Assembly (NCBI RefSeq): GCF_009914755.1
Contig: NC_060933.1
Strand: one strand, 5' to 3'
Source: the human T2T-CHM13v2.0 reference genome, Homo sapiens
Length of the DNA: 64,000 bases
Shown: piece after piece, positions 1 to 15,397 of the stretch
Layout of the letters: every line of letters begins with the position of its first letter
How positions within the stretch are numbered: the stretch's first letter is position 1
The notes under the pieces: generated by a model
Told to the model about the DNA's origin: nothing
Seen by the model: only the letters and a program-made list of their open reading frames with translations
The model's database searches: none
Program-made: the position numbers and the translations under genes

Positions 1-385
1 CAGAAACCATCTTTTTACTCCCCTAGCAATCATGCCCTGCTCTCTAGCCTATGTTTATTTCATAGTACATAGAATATCCTAGAAGCAGAGAATCTGAGCA
101 ATGGAGGGCACCTGGTAAGGCTATCTCTTCCAAACACCTGCCCTTCAGCAAAACCACATCTGGGGTAGACTGAGCCAGACAGAATCAACCTTGTTTTTAA
201 ATGTACAAAGCTAGGCCTTCTTTGGAAGTCACATATTTGAAATATCAAGTCAGAAAACTCTTCTTCTACAGTAAAAGTTTTCTTTATCATTTCCTCAGTT
301 ACTGTTTTTCTTTTCCAGATTGAAAATAACCAGTTACTGTCCTCAGGGAATCAACAATCTCATGAGCAATGACTTCCTGGGAGGC

Positions 386-571
386 CGTGGTTCTCAAACG
401 TTAGCCCACCTTAGTGTCAGCTGGAGGGATTATGAAAGCCCAGAACGCTGCACCTACCTGCAGAGTTTTAGATCCCAGAGGTCCAAGGAGGGCTCCAAAA
501 GTTGCATTTCTAGCAAATTCCCATGTGATGCTGATGCTGTTGGACTGGGGACCCCATTTTAAGAAATGCTG
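386..571. mobile_element. MER5A-like hAT-Charlie DNA transposon remnant
   Basis: Begins GTGGTTCTCAAA and contains TTGCATTTCTAGCAAATTCCCATGTGATGCTGATGCTG, typical MER5A text; about 190 bp. Confidence 0.7.
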
Positions 572-1229
572 TTATAAGGCCCAGTGCTAGGAAATCTGAA
601 GGATAGAAATATGCAGGTACCTAAGAGGTGGGAGCAAATGGAATTAACAAGGTAAATGGGTTCACCTCCATGTGGAAGGTGCCAAACGCCCTTCACATAA
701 GCCCTTTGCTGTCACAGAGCTCACAAGCTCAGGGTGCAGTACAGGAGGCCGATGTGAACGGGATGTCAGCCGTTCACACCGGGAACTGTGTGGGCACTGC
801 AGGGGAGAACAGCGCTCAGGCTGGGTGAGGAAGGGGCCGGGGATGGCTTTCTGCAGACCTGGAAGCGTCAGGAGCCATTCCTGGGTGGATTCTTAAAGAA
901 AAGAAGGTGTCCAGACAAAGAGGCCAGGCGAGGCACGTGCTCTTCCAGCAGAGGAACAACCTGGAACTGAAAAGGGGACATGGAGCATTCACGGGGCAGC
1001 AAGCTGTGCAAGTGTCCCCAAGAGGAGCATGGAAGTGAGACAATGAGGACAGAGTGCAGAGGTGGGCAGGGCGAGACTCAGAGGGCATGGCAACACAGGA
1101 AGAGGAGCCCAGGCGATATTCTGAAATCTCCTTTGACATCGAGGACAGAGGAAGCTTTGCTAAGACTCCATATAAGGGAGCATTAGAGAGGAAAGGAGAA
1201 GCGGGAACACAGCTCTCCCCAGTCCTCTA

Positions 1230-1310
1230 GATCCTATAGGATCCCCTATAGGATCCCCTATAGGAACCCCTATAGGATCCTATAGGATAGCCACTATAGG
1301 ATAGCCTAGG
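1230..1310. repeat. Short array of palindromic CCTATAGG units (10-14 bp period)
   Basis: CTATAGG starts at 1234, 1246, 1258, 1270, 1280 and 1294. GATCCTATAGGATC (1230-1243) is a perfect palindrome. Confidence 0.9.
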
Positions 1311-3149
1311 TGCAGACAAAATTCCCTTTCCTTTTCGTTTTGTTGAAAGATTTTGGAATTGCGGGGAGGGAAACTTGTAAAGACACTGGGCAAGCCTAGA
1401 ACCAAAATGAACACAAAGAGAATATGGAAGTTGAGTCTGGAGGTGAACAGAGGAGGCTTCCAGCTCCCTTGTGCAGGCTGTGCAGCCTTGAGCATGTTAC
1501 TTCTTGTGCCACAGTCTCTGTATTTAACAGAGACCTGATTCCCTCACAAGACCCACAGGACCTCACAGGGCTGGCCTCCCTGCTGTTTTCAGCCTGAGCT
1601 CACAGGCACTGGCTCTTACTCTTCCTGCTCCCACTCCATAAGCCTCTTTCAGACTGGGTTTGCCAGGCTGTCTTCTGCCCCAACCCTTTCCCCAGGTGGT
1701 TTCCTCCATCTGGAGTAGTCTTGCCCTCGCCTGACTAATTAACTACATTAAATCTAAGACTCACTCCCTCAGGGCAATCTGATCTCCCTGCATAGGTTAA
1801 ATCTCTACTCTTAGAGAGTTTTAAGCATTGGGAACTTTTACTTGATAGCACTTAGCAGTTGTTATTTCTGTAATTAGTTGTTGAATGTCTCTTGTACTAG
1901 AACAGGGGTTAGCAAAGCATAGCCAGCTTTGGCCTGAAGTCTGATTTTGTAAATAAAATGTTAATGGAGGAGATGAGGTGCCTACAGGGTCATATTGCTG
2001 GACATGTGGAATAACCGATAAAGATCAACATATTTTGATTCATTTGGATGATTGACGTAACAGAGAGCTTCCATATCCTCTCAAGGCCTGTATTTTTATC
2101 TATTTAACAGTTTTTTTGGTGCCAGGGAGTGACATTTTCTTTGTTATGGAGAAATATTTTTTTAAAAAAAGAATGCACAGGGAGTTAATATGAAATATTG
2201 TGTTCTCACCAAGTGAAGGCCAAAAGACTTCATTACAGGATGCACAAAGAAAGCCTCTGTGTAACTTACATAAGGACAAGTGGTGGAAGCATCCAGTTAC
2301 TGCAAAGCAGGCCGCTAACAGGCGGGTGTCAGGAGAGTCTGCACGTGGGCAGGGAGTGCCACTTTCTCACGGCGGAGGGGAGTGACTGTTCTGCCTTTTT
2401 TCCATTACATTAAAATTGTCATTTGAATTTTATGAGGCCCCTATATTTGTTGATCTGCAAGTTTCTCTAGGTTTTATTGTTGCAAGATATCTATATGCAT
2501 ACATTCTTTATCTTTAGTTTTAAGGTTACATATAATTTATATATAATATTTAATAAAAATTAAAATATATGATATAATAAAATATATACACACATGAGCA
2601 GAGGCAGAGCAACAAGAATAAGGTTTTAAGACACACAATCAGGAGAGAGAAGGGCCCATCAAAGTAAATGGACAAGGGGAAGGGGGCACCTGTAAATAGC
2701 GGGCATCCTGCCAGTGCAAAGAATAGAAACCTGGCTGGGGGCTTGGGTCAGCCAGATGAACAGTCAAGCTAGGGAGGGCACAGCTGATGATGACACATGC
2801 TGGCTGCTGCTTCTGTCCAGAGGGAAATGTCTCAAATACATTGTGGTTCTGATTGGGCTCATCAGCCTCACACCCTCCAACACACACACACACATACTTT
2901 GAGGTTTTGGGCCTCTGGCTTCCGTAAGGAGAGAGCAGCTTAAATTTAACTTCGAGGGGCTGAGCCCCTTCCTCCAGGAGCAGTGTCCATTCATGGGGAC
3001 CATATGTAGAGGGAGACTTGCTGCTTATTTGTTCCCCATCGTACCACCTGTGTGTACCAGTGGGTCTCAGGTGCTCTTTCTGAGTGGGGACCCTAATTGT
3101 GTTCAGTCACAGCAGTTGTGGTGCCGTCCCCCATCGCACCATCTGTTCT

Positions 3150-5551
<2,402 letters not shown>

Positions 5552-5669
5552 GGTCTCAATCTCTTGACCTTCTGATCCACCTGCCTGGGCTTCTCAAAGT
5601 GCTGGATTACAGGCGTGAGCCACCACACCTGCCCTGCCATGTCTTCTTTCTCCCCTCAAGCAGCTGTTT

Positions 5670-7166
5670 TCATCTCTTGGACATCCCCATGTTCTTATCC
5701 ATGTTGCCTTGCTGGAGGCGTCCTTCCCCTTGGGAAGCCTGACCCAGCTCCAACAGTGCCTCAGGAGATAGGCAGGGAAGCTTAGCGGGTGGGGGCGGCT
5801 CGTCTCTATCCCACCTCAGTTGCAGGGGAGGGGTTGGTTGCAGCTGCGGCAGTGGCCCCAACAGTTTTCTTTTGCGGGACCTGTGGGACCTGTAGCCGGT
5901 AGCTCTGGGTGGAGAAGACCTACTTGATCCAAGAGCTGCAGGATCCTTGGGCTGCATGTCCTTCCCCACCATCAGCAAACCTGGAGAGCTGGGCAGGTGG
6001 TCTTTACCCAGCACCTTCAAGGCCGCCTTCTCTGGCCACAGGGAGCAGCCTGGAACTGGGGCAGGGAGCACTGTTGGAACTGGGTCAGGCTTCCCAAAGA
6101 GAAGAATGCCTCCAGCAGGGCTGTGTGAACTGGCGACTCCATGGCCCTTGGAGTAGAAACTCACTGCATGTACCTGGGCCTTGTCAGTCTGGTTGTTTTC
6201 TGTCAAGCTCTTGAGCTGGACATTTCCCTCCAAGGGCCTGGGATTGTACCGGGGGGAAGTGGGGTTTCCCTGAGTCTCCAGGGGCCTAGAGGTGGAGGCT
6301 GCTTCCCCATTGCTACAGGGGCCCCTTTTATTGTCTTCCTGCTCCTGGGTCTCTACCTGGTCTTTGACCTCCGTTGCTTCTTTGGGCTCTTCTGCCCTCA
6401 CCTCCATCTTCGGAAGCCTGGCTGGGATCACCTGCTCATCTAATGAAGGAAGTCTGAGGTTAAACTTGCCTCTGAGATGAGGGATCCTCACGGGGCTGAG
6501 GTGTCCAAACATCCTGGAGTTGCGAGCAGACAGCACGGGTTTCTTCCTTGAGGGGGGGCTCCAGAACACAGAAGGCAGGACCCTCAGTGGGGTGCCCGTG
6601 TTCTGAGGGAGAAAACACAGCCTCCTAGGGGCGCCATACCGCCTGGCTGGAAAAGAAGGCCCAAGATGTTGCCGAGGGTTGAAGAGGAATCGGTAACAGC
6701 CCAAGGTTCCCAGGGCAGGCACAGGTGCAGGAGCCATGGGGTGAGCCCAGCCAGCTGGGAAGGCCTCACGGACAAGACGAGCAGGTTGCTGATGGTATGG
6801 CGGGGACCTGTGGTGGAACCAGGAACAAAATACGCTTAGAAGAGCACGTTGCCAATCGCGTGGCCGGAACCTGCGGCGGAACCAGGAACAAAATACGCTT
6901 AGAAGAGTAAGTCGCCGATGGCATAGCCGGCACCTGCGGCGGAACCGGGGACGAAATACGCTTAGAAGAGAATGTCGCCGATGGTGTGGCCGGGACCTGC
7001 TGCGGAAGCAGGGACAACATATGCTTAGACGAGAACATTGCCGGTGGTGTTGCTGGGTCATGCGGTGGAAGCAGTAACAACATACGCTTAGAAGAGCAGG
7101 TTGCCGATGGCGTGGTTGAGACCTGCGGCGGAACCAGGAACAAAATATGCTTAGTGAGTTGCCCAT
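5670..7166 (-). CDS. Intronless NPAP1/UPF0607-family (POM121-derived) retrogene ORF, 498 aa; coding or transcribed pseudogene
   Basis: Open frame from the ATG at 7166 (gaaATGg, strong Kozak; MGNSLS). Contains recalled UPF0607 text (RLCFLPQNTGTPLRVLP..KKPVLS..EEPKEATEVKDQVETQ) and the POM121/NPAP1 motif LRWDRDEPPPPAKLPCLS, preceded by the basic RKRK. Confidence 0.8.
   Translation of the reverse strand: MGNSLSIFCSWFRRRSQPRHRQPALLSVCCYCFHRMTQQHHRQCSRLSICCPCFRSRSRPHHRRHSLLSVFRPRFRRRCRLCHRRLTLLSVFCSWFRRRFRPRDWQRALLSVFCSWFHHRSPPYHQQPARLVREAFPAGWAHPMAPAPVPALGTLGCYRFLFNPRQHLGPSFPARRYGAPRRLCFLPQNTGTPLRVLPSVFWSPPSRKKPVLSARNSRMFGHLSPVRIPHLRGKFNLRLPSLDEQVIPARLPKMEVRAEEPKEATEVKDQVETQEQEDNKRGPCSNGEAASTSRPLETQGNPTSPRYNPRPLEGNVQLKSLTENNQTDKAQVHAVSFYSKGHGVASSHSPAGGILLFGKPDPVPTVLPAPVPGCSLWPEKAALKVLGKDHLPSSPGLLMVGKDMQPKDPAALGSSRSSPPRATGYRSHRSRKRKLLGPLPQLQPTPPLQLRWDRDEPPPPAKLPCLSPEALLELGQASQGEGRLQQGNMDKNMGMSKR
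6779..7156 (-). repeat. Six in-frame 63-bp (21-aa) tandem repeats
   Basis: GCTTAG recurs at 6834, 6897, 6960, 7023, 7086 and 7149, an exact 63-bp period. Peptide units are of the form LSxFCSWFRRR... Confidence 0.95.
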
Positions 7167-7267
7167 TTCGAGCGAGTTGTGCACAGACGAAACCAAGGGT
7201 CAGAAGTGGAGAGGATACTCCTAAGTCACCCACTTCTCCGTGGCCAGGTGTCCACTGGGCACCTGGG

Positions 7268-7276
7268 AATTTATAA
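7268..7276 (-). promoter_or_regulatory. Putative TATA box of the retrogene
   Basis: Minus-strand TTATAAATT about 105 bp upstream of the ATG, in otherwise GC-rich sequence. Confidence 0.35.
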
Positions 7277-8514
7277 CATCACCTTGGGGCTGGTGACAGA
7301 GCCAGGGTGTGGAGGAGTGAGCGGGAGCCCAGCGAGGGTGCCTACAAGAGGAGTCAAAGGGCAAAAGGCAAGGCCCCTCCACCGGTCCAGCTGGACTCTC
7401 TAGCCTCAGGGACGTCCCACTCCTGGGGGCAGGTGTGTGGCCCTGGATGGCCCCCCTGTGATGCTGTGGAGGGTGTGGGGCTGATCTGCCAGAGCCCTTC
7501 CCGCCTGGCATCTGGCCCAGGTGCTGGCTGACACCCAGTGGCCCTGTCTTGGCCAGCCCTCTCCCCTGGGTTACAGGGCCAGAACCTGGAAGCAGAGCGC
7601 AGGACCAGCCAGATCCCGCCAGGCTCCCCGGGGGCCTCTCCAGTGCCTCTATGCCACCTGGAGCCAGGCCCACTTTCTCCATGGCTGCCGTGGCCTTAAG
7701 GGCCACGAGGCTCGCTGTGCAGGCTTCCAAGGAGAGGACGCGGTACCCTGACCTGACTGGATGCTGCCCCTTACCACATCCCTTCCTGGCAGGCAGGGTC
7801 TCCACTTCTTCTTACAAATTTGCCTGAGACCGTTCCTTAGGTCATCCAGGTGGTCATGGTCCAGCCAGGCTTTGAACCCAGGTTGTGCGATTCCACAGCT
7901 GGTGCTCTGGCCTGTGTGCCTCCTGATCATGGATACAGCGTGTATTCTTATTTTTTCCTGTAGCCCGGGGGTACTTAGCATGGTGGCATATCTGTAATAA
8001 GCACATGCACACCTAGAAGGAGGTCTTCACTTCAACATATAAGTTGACCATGGCCCACTCTGGGCTCCAGTCCTCTGCAAAGATGTAGGGCAGGGACTAC
8101 CAGTTGCCAGCACAGCATCATTCCACATTGCTCTTCTAATGGAGCCTTTCAGCCCAGATGTTCTTTCTCGTCTGGTGGGTTCTCTCTCGACTCGTCCAAA
8201 TATGTAACGATTATGTTCTAGATCAGCTCTGGTCTATCCTAAAAGAAATTCGCCAGTGGATTATACCATATAGATAAAAGTCTGTTTCTCTGGTCTTCCT
8301 AGAATGGTCTAGAAAGCAAGTACATTATTTACAAGTTAATAGTGGATCAATGTACTGGATTAAAATATGACCAACGTAATTTGGTTGTTGTGAGCATGCC
8401 AGCTCGGTCCACTCTTCACCACACTTTATGATACCCTAAATATAACTCTAGATTTGCTTATGCCCAAGAGGAGGACATACTCTTGGGTGTCTGGACTAGG
8501 GAAACAGGTATGAA

Positions 8515-11100
8515 AAACCATTCGGCCACTCTACATCTTTTTATTGGAGAATTGAAACCATCTATATTCAAATATATTATTAAAAGGCAAGAAGTTACTT
8601 CTGTCATTTTGTTAATTGTTTTCTGGTTGTTTTGTAGATCTTTTGTTTCTTCTCTTATTGTTTCCTTTATGGTTTGGTGAGTTTCTGTACTGATAAGCTT
8701 TGATTCCTTTATTTCATTGACACATCTGGTGTAATTTTTTTCTCTTGGGTTACACTGTAGCTCACATTAAAAAATTTGTAGTTATGATAGACTATTTAAA
8801 GCTGATAAAAAGTTTTGATCACACACAAACATGCTGTACTCCCCCCACATCCCCTGTCAATGCACAAAATTTGCACTTTTTTGTCTCAATTTATATTGTT
8901 CTGTATTGGGTATTTATTAAGAACTATCATTTCAGTAACGTAGAATTCTCCATTTGAATGTGAATTTACTTTTAACTGGTTGATAGTGTCCTGTGTTTTT
9001 GCACTAGTAGTTATTGTTCTTTCACTTGTGATTGAAGCATTCCCTTAAGCATTTCTTGTCAAGCTGGTCTTATGGTGACAAATTCCATAAGCATTTGCTT
9101 GTCTGGGAAAGCCTTTATTTCTTTAATTTGTGATAGGCAGCTGTGCTAAGTACAGTACTCTTTGCTAACTGATTTCTCATTATCACTTAGAATATATCAT
9201 CCTAATCTCTCCTAGCCTTCAAGGTTTCTGCTATGAAAACTCCTGATAGTCTAAAGGAGAATTACTTACTTGTGATTTGATGCTTCTCTCTTGCTAATTT
9301 TAGAATGTTTTTCTTTGTGTTTGACTTTTGACAAATTGATTATAATGTGCCTTAGAAAAGGCCTTTTTGGGTTGAATATGTATGGGACCCTTTAAGCTTC
9401 ATGGATGTCCATATCTCTCCCAAGAATTGGGAGATTTTCAGCTATTATTTTGTTAAATAAGTTTTCTGTGTCTATCTGTCTCTTCTCTCTGTTTCTCTTC
9501 TATATTGCAAAAATTTGTTATCTTAATGCCATGGCACAAGTCTCATAGGCTTTCTTTGCTTCCTTTTATTCTTTTCTTTCTCCTTTTTTCCCTCAGGCTG
9601 GGTTATTTCAAAAGTCCTGTCTGCAAGTTCAGAAATTCTTTCTTTTGTTTGATCTAGTGTGCCACTGAAGCACTCAGTTGTACTTTTTATTTCATTCAGT
9701 ACTTCATTCCTAAGGTTTCTGTTGGTTTGTTTTTTTAAATGATATCTGTATCTTTGTTGAATTTCTCATTCAGGTTATAGCTTGTTTTTTATTATTATTT
9801 GATTAAGATTTCAATGTGTATTCTCTTGTATCTCATTGAATTTTCTTAAGATCAATATTTCAAATTCCTTTTAAGGCAATTTGAAAATTTCCATTTATTT
9901 AGGGTAACTTTGTGAAGAATCATTGTGCACCTTTGGTGGTGTCAAGTTTCATTGCATTTTCATGTTCTTATCTCCTATGTTTATATTTATGAGACTGTTG
10001 ACATGGTTACCTGTTCTAATTGTATAGAGTAGTTTATGTAGAGAAAGACTTTCACCTGGAGATGTATCTTAGGGTGTCAGTTGGATGGGCTGCATCTGCT
10101 TTAGTTCCAGGAGGACACAGTAGTGTAGTATCTGTGCTTTTCTCTTGCCATTTTTTTTTCTTTTGCTAGTATCCATTTTGGTGATACCTGTGAGTGCCTT
10201 GGTGACCTAGGCTGCAGGAGCATGTGCAGTTTGTTTTCCTGCTCTGGATCGGGGGTTGTGGGGGAAGGCAGCGGTCTCAGGAAGCTGCATGCCTAGCTAG
10301 TGAGTGTGTTACTGAGTCACAGGGGTTGGTTCACCAGTTTGAGATGGGACTCCCCTGGAAACACTCGCCTGGCTGTGGATTACTGGGGCTGCTCTGCAGG
10401 CTTGAGATGCGGATCTCTTGGAAGCAACAGGCCCAGGTGGTGAGCACACCGATGGCACAAGAAATCAGTCCACAGTTAAGAGTGTTGCAGTCACTAGGAT
10501 GTGGAAGGCAAACCTCTTTGAGAGTTTGTTTCTAGGACATAGAGAGCAATAGCTGCTTTCCTGGAGAATCCTATTGTAATGACAGGGTAGCCTCTGGAAT
10601 GGAAGGAGGCAGTGACCACTAGTTCGTGGAGCAGAATATACTCAGCTATGGCTTGGACGTCTAGGTGGTGCTGTATGTGGGCTCCTCCTCTGGGGCAGTA
10701 TAGCCCTGTGGACACCAAGCAGCTCCCTAAACTGAGCTGAGAATCTGTGGGCACTTAAAGGAGTTCCCAGCAACAAAGAATGCAGGTGTCCACAATGTTA
10801 ATGGGCCTGCTGGAGTTTGTTTGCTTACCTTTTTCCCACTGAGGAAATGGTCTTCTTGTTCCCAGCTGATCCCAACTAGGAAGACTGTGTGGCAGAAGCA
10901 GGCTATTTTGCTTTCCTCTTTATTTGGCCACCCCTAACGGTTTCCTTGACCCTCAGGTTTTCTGTCTCTTCCCTGCTGTCCAGGGTTCTCTCTCAAACAC
11001 TCCAGTCCAAATGAACTTGTTTAGTCACTGTTTTTGTCCTTTTTTCTGGAGGACACAGGCATTAACCTCCTCTCATGTGCCATCTTGCTAGGCCTTCCAT
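8515..11100 (-). mobile_element. Old L1 (L1M-type) 5' portion: 5'UTR, ORF1 and start of ORF2, degenerate
   Basis: T-rich antisense L1 text, e.g. AGCATTTCTTGTCAAGCTGGTCTTATGGTGACAAATTCC and ATTTGCTTGTCTGGGAAAG. Boundaries approximate. Confidence 0.75.
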
Positions 11101-12884
11101 GACCTTCTTTTTCAAAAGTGGGATGGAATGAAATGGAAGGGAATGAAATAGTGTAGAATAGAATTGAATATGTGAGAGTGCATCAAGCATTATTTCATAA
11201 AACTTTTGTTTTCACTTATAAATATGGGGGTACTCAGAGTCACAATATAAATTTTCTATTTTTACTTGGAGTCAAAAAGTTTGAATTTGTAGGCATATAT
11301 AATACGTTAGTAGCAGCTGACGTATATACCTGTTGAATATACCTGTTGAAATACCAATGTGAGGGAGTTATCTGTTGCCTTTTTGATATAAAAATGGGGC
11401 TATTAATATATTTAGATCAGTGGTGTAACTTTTAGATTCATATGTCTATTCTTAGTCTCTCCACTTTCCACAGTGTCTCTTGTCCTCACGTGTGGGATCA
11501 GAGCTTTAGGCCTCACCTTTCCTGCATCAGGAGAAGCTACATCTTTCCATGCTGTGCTCATGCTGGTTTTTGCAAACCTGAAGCTCCAGTTCTTGTGATT
11601 CGATCATGTGCTAATTTACTCAAACCTTTGTACCCAGTTTGGTAAAGCAAAGTCCACCAAACAGCAGGGATGAAGGGGCCTTTGCAAGATCACTAGAACT
11701 TTCCTTGCCTCCAGGGCCGGGAAGAGCCTGGGCCTTCCATGGAAAGACCTGGAGAGATTGGCTCACTGCTGAGGAGGCTGCTGCTCTTCCCTTAGGTCAG
11801 GGAACAATTTTCGTGTTTCAAATAAGCTCTTTGTTCCAGATGTTGGGGCTTCTGGGTCTAGGGATTTGTAGCTGCTTTGAAATCATTTGCAAGACATATG
11901 GAGCCAGATTGCTTCAGTAAGTACACCCTGGACAGGACCTGGACCCAGACTTTGCCAGCACCACCCAGCGAGCCTGTTTGTGTTGCCTGTGGCGTTTGGC
12001 TTGAGTTTCAGGGGACTACTTTCTGTTGGGACCCAATATAAGGTGGCTGCATGGACATGTTTTGATCCTAGTGCTGTAGGACAAGGAAGGAAGAGTAGAG
12101 AAACAAGGAGAAGGCAGGAGATGAAGGGTTGTTATGAGCAAAGGTGGACCACCTTGATTTCATGAAATTCATACTATTTCAATGATTTGCTTAAAATAAA
12201 ATTTTGTTGTACAAATTGCAAAAGCAAAGGTGACTTATTATAGAATATTTACAAACTTCAGAAAACTGAAAAATCAGACACTAATAAAATTTACTGCAAT
12301 ATATAAAATAGTAGATGATCCTATGGAATGAGACTGTGTTCTCGGATGGCAGAATATGACTAAAGATTTCATGTTTCTCAAGTTATACAAATTTAGTATA
12401 ATTACTGTAAGCAACTGAATGAGATGAAGCAGAATAAAATTTTTATTTCAAAATTTTGATGGAAGACGAAATCAAACATTATCAAGGTTAATCAATACAA
12501 TCAAATAAGAGGTACAGGTTAGAGGGTATCAAAGTAAATCACAATATTTATCACAATTTGATAGTAAATAAAGATATTGCTGATTTTAAGTGGGGGAAAG
12601 TTTATTTAGTAAATGAGCCTGGTAGAACTGGTTATTTTTCTGGAAATAAATAGTATTGGCCTCCTATTTCCTTTTGTCGGCCGACAAAAGGATTTATGCA
12701 AATTTGTATTTCTGCTAGCTTTAGATGAGAGCCTTGATAACAGTAGATACTCTTGTTAAGTTCTATCTGGAATGTGTGTCATTTCACTGAATTTAGAGAT
12801 GCCTTTATACCTTTGGATGACAGGGTGGGTTACTGTCAGGTGTCTCCTAGAGCTTCTCACCCCAGCCTTCCTTTTACTCGCCCA

Positions 12885-13850
12885 AGTGTTTGAGCCACAG
12901 TGCAGCAGTATAAAAATGGATTTTGCTCTTTTGGTGGCTGGCTATGGCTATGAAGGAGCAGAATTGAATAAAGATAAATACTGGCTGGTGAAGACCAGGT
13001 ATAAACTGCCAAAAATACTTCTATTTGAAATTCAAAAGGGAATTTTTGTTTAGAATCAGTATTTTGCACACAGGTCTTAGACTCTTTATCCTATTTAGGT
13101 TAAACACAGAATATTAACGTTTGATTATACAGTTAGGATATTGTCACAAGTGGTATCAGTGTAATATTTTTACCTTTGCATTGCTACATTCTGAAATTTT
13201 TCTAAATCTTGAAACATATCTGGCTGAAAAACATCCAATTATTTTTCTTCCTCTGATTTTGCAGTTCTGCAAAAGGTCACAGATAGGATAGAAGTTATGT
13301 GTAGGTTATGACTCAAGAATGTATAAATGATTAACAAAAACATTGGCCTCTCCTGATTCTTTCTGTTAAGCCTGTGGCCTCTCGCACACTGTTTAAGTTG
13401 GGTCTTCCTGTTAACAGCCCAGTGGATTTTATTCTTTCACTGCAACAGAAAACCTGCTTTTCTTTCAGCTGGAGTGAAGACTGGGACATGCGTGGCTACA
13501 TAAAGATGGCCAAAGACCAGAATAACAACTGCAGAATCGCCATGCTGGCCAGCCTTCCTATTGTGTGAGCTGATGGATGGTGAAGAGGAAGGACTTGACT
13601 GGGGATGGCACATACATGGGAGGAATTCATCTGAAATCTACCAGCCCCTGCCATGTGGGATGCACACTGGAATCACTGAAGATTCAAGTGTGATTTGAAT
13701 TCTGTGACGCTTTCGTAATGGTAAATGTTACCACTATTTTGATTACTGCTATAACCAGCTTTGCATTATTGATTCACTGAATGACTTTAGATTTCTTTTT
13801 TGCTTTAAAAGGATGGAAAAAATTTTACCTGTTTAAATAAAACTTAATTT
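12885..13850 (+). pseudogene. Cathepsin-L-like unprocessed pseudogene fragment: last two exons (~12885-12998 and 13469-13850)
   Basis: Spliced frame FEPQCSSIKMDFALLVAGYGYEGAELNKDKYWLVKT|SWSEDWDMRGYIKMAKDQNNNCRIAMLASLPIV* versus CTSL [59 protein letters not shown]. GT at 12999, AG at 13467-13468, CTSL-like 3'UTR, AATAAA at 13836. Confidence 0.92.
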
Positions 13851-15397
13851 CACTTGGAGTGGAGGGGCTTCTTTCTGTTTTTGATGTTTTGACGTTTGGT
13901 AGTGTAGTCAAGCATGTAATTGAGCTCTAAAGATGGAACTGCTGTGCCACAGGTTCACTAGGAGGAAGAGTGGGTGGCCTTCTTGCTCTTCTACTTACAG
14001 ATATGCAGATCTCATGTCAGTTGCCCAGCGGCTATGTCTGACCCAATCTTTGATTGGAGAAAAAACTGACAAATGACCTATGAGGACAAAGGAAACCCAT
14101 GGTCTTTGCAGTGGAGGCAGGACAGGGCACTAGGGCATTGCCAAGGCTGTTTGTCTTTGGGTCCTCAAGGGACAAGGGATAAACTCCAGGGTTTGAGGCT
14201 GAGCTTCAAAGGTGGTGTGCTGGCTTTGGAAGGTGGAGGACCAGATGAGAGAACCAGAAATGAGGATCTATGGCTGCATTTAAACCAAGCTGCCCTATCC
14301 CTGAATAATTTCTTAATAAATAGGAAAAACTTCCCACATTGTACTGGCTTAAAAAGCACATAGTTTCATCATCTGTGTGTTTTCCACAATCTCATGTTCC
14401 CCCTCAAGAAATATAAACAATAAGTGGAAGTGTTTAGTGAATAGACTCTATATCCCAGAGGAGGGTAACCAGGTACACAGTGGGGTCTCAGCTCACAAAG
14501 CCTCCAGCAGGCTCCGCCCAGGTCCATTTGGATTGGACCACATGCCATGCTGGACTCTCCTGGGTCCCTCCTGAGTAGTTGCCAAAATTTCACACTTTTT
14601 GACCTAAAATGACAAGTGTGGCATCCGAAGTGAAATTCTTCGGATTTCGTAATGAAAATAGCCAGTGTGGTAGCAGGGAGATTTGGGAGACTCCAAAGCT
14701 AAATCTATTGTACTGATTGGGACCTAGGTTTGATATAACTTGAATTTATACAGCATCTGCTATGTGCAGGTCATCACCACAGTGGAAGAGACAGGCCCTG
14801 ACCTCAAGGAGCTGCAGCTGTTAGAGAGAGGAGGTCATCAGGGAGGGCCTCCAGGAGGAAGGGAATGCAGGCATCAGTCAGAGCAGCAGTCAGTATGAGA
14901 AGGTGAAGTGAGCATCTTAGCAGAGACTAGCATGTCAGCAACCCTGAGTCAAGACCCTGTGGTTAGAGACCCCGAGGAAGCAACTGCATCCAGGGTTTGG
15001 GTGATGAAGCTTGCCCAGTGGAGTGTTTGGACACAGGGGAACCACTGAGGGGGCGGATGCAGTGAACAGACTGTTCCAGTTCTTTTTGTCAAACCACCCG
15101 AAACCCAGCGGCTTTGAAGAAACATCTTGCACATCTGCCTGGACTCGGCTGCGTGGTTTTTACATAGAGGTCTCTATCTGTGCTGGAGACATCAGTAGGC
15201 TTGACTGGACTGGACATCAGTGAGGACTCACTCACATGGCTGGCCACAGATGCTGGTGTCAGGTGGACATTCATCTTGAGCTGTTGACCAGAGCACCTGC
15301 CTGGGGCCCCTCTGTGGCTTGGGCTTCCCATGCATCGACACTGAGAAATACATGTATATATGTATTTGAGGCTGATAAACTTAAAACACTGAATTTC

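Noticed and set aside
6779-7156. Regular 63-bp period resembling a CRISPR repeat-spacer array
   Set aside because: The whole unit is homologous between copies (no unique spacers), it is in frame within an ORF, the context is eukaryotic and there are no cas genes.
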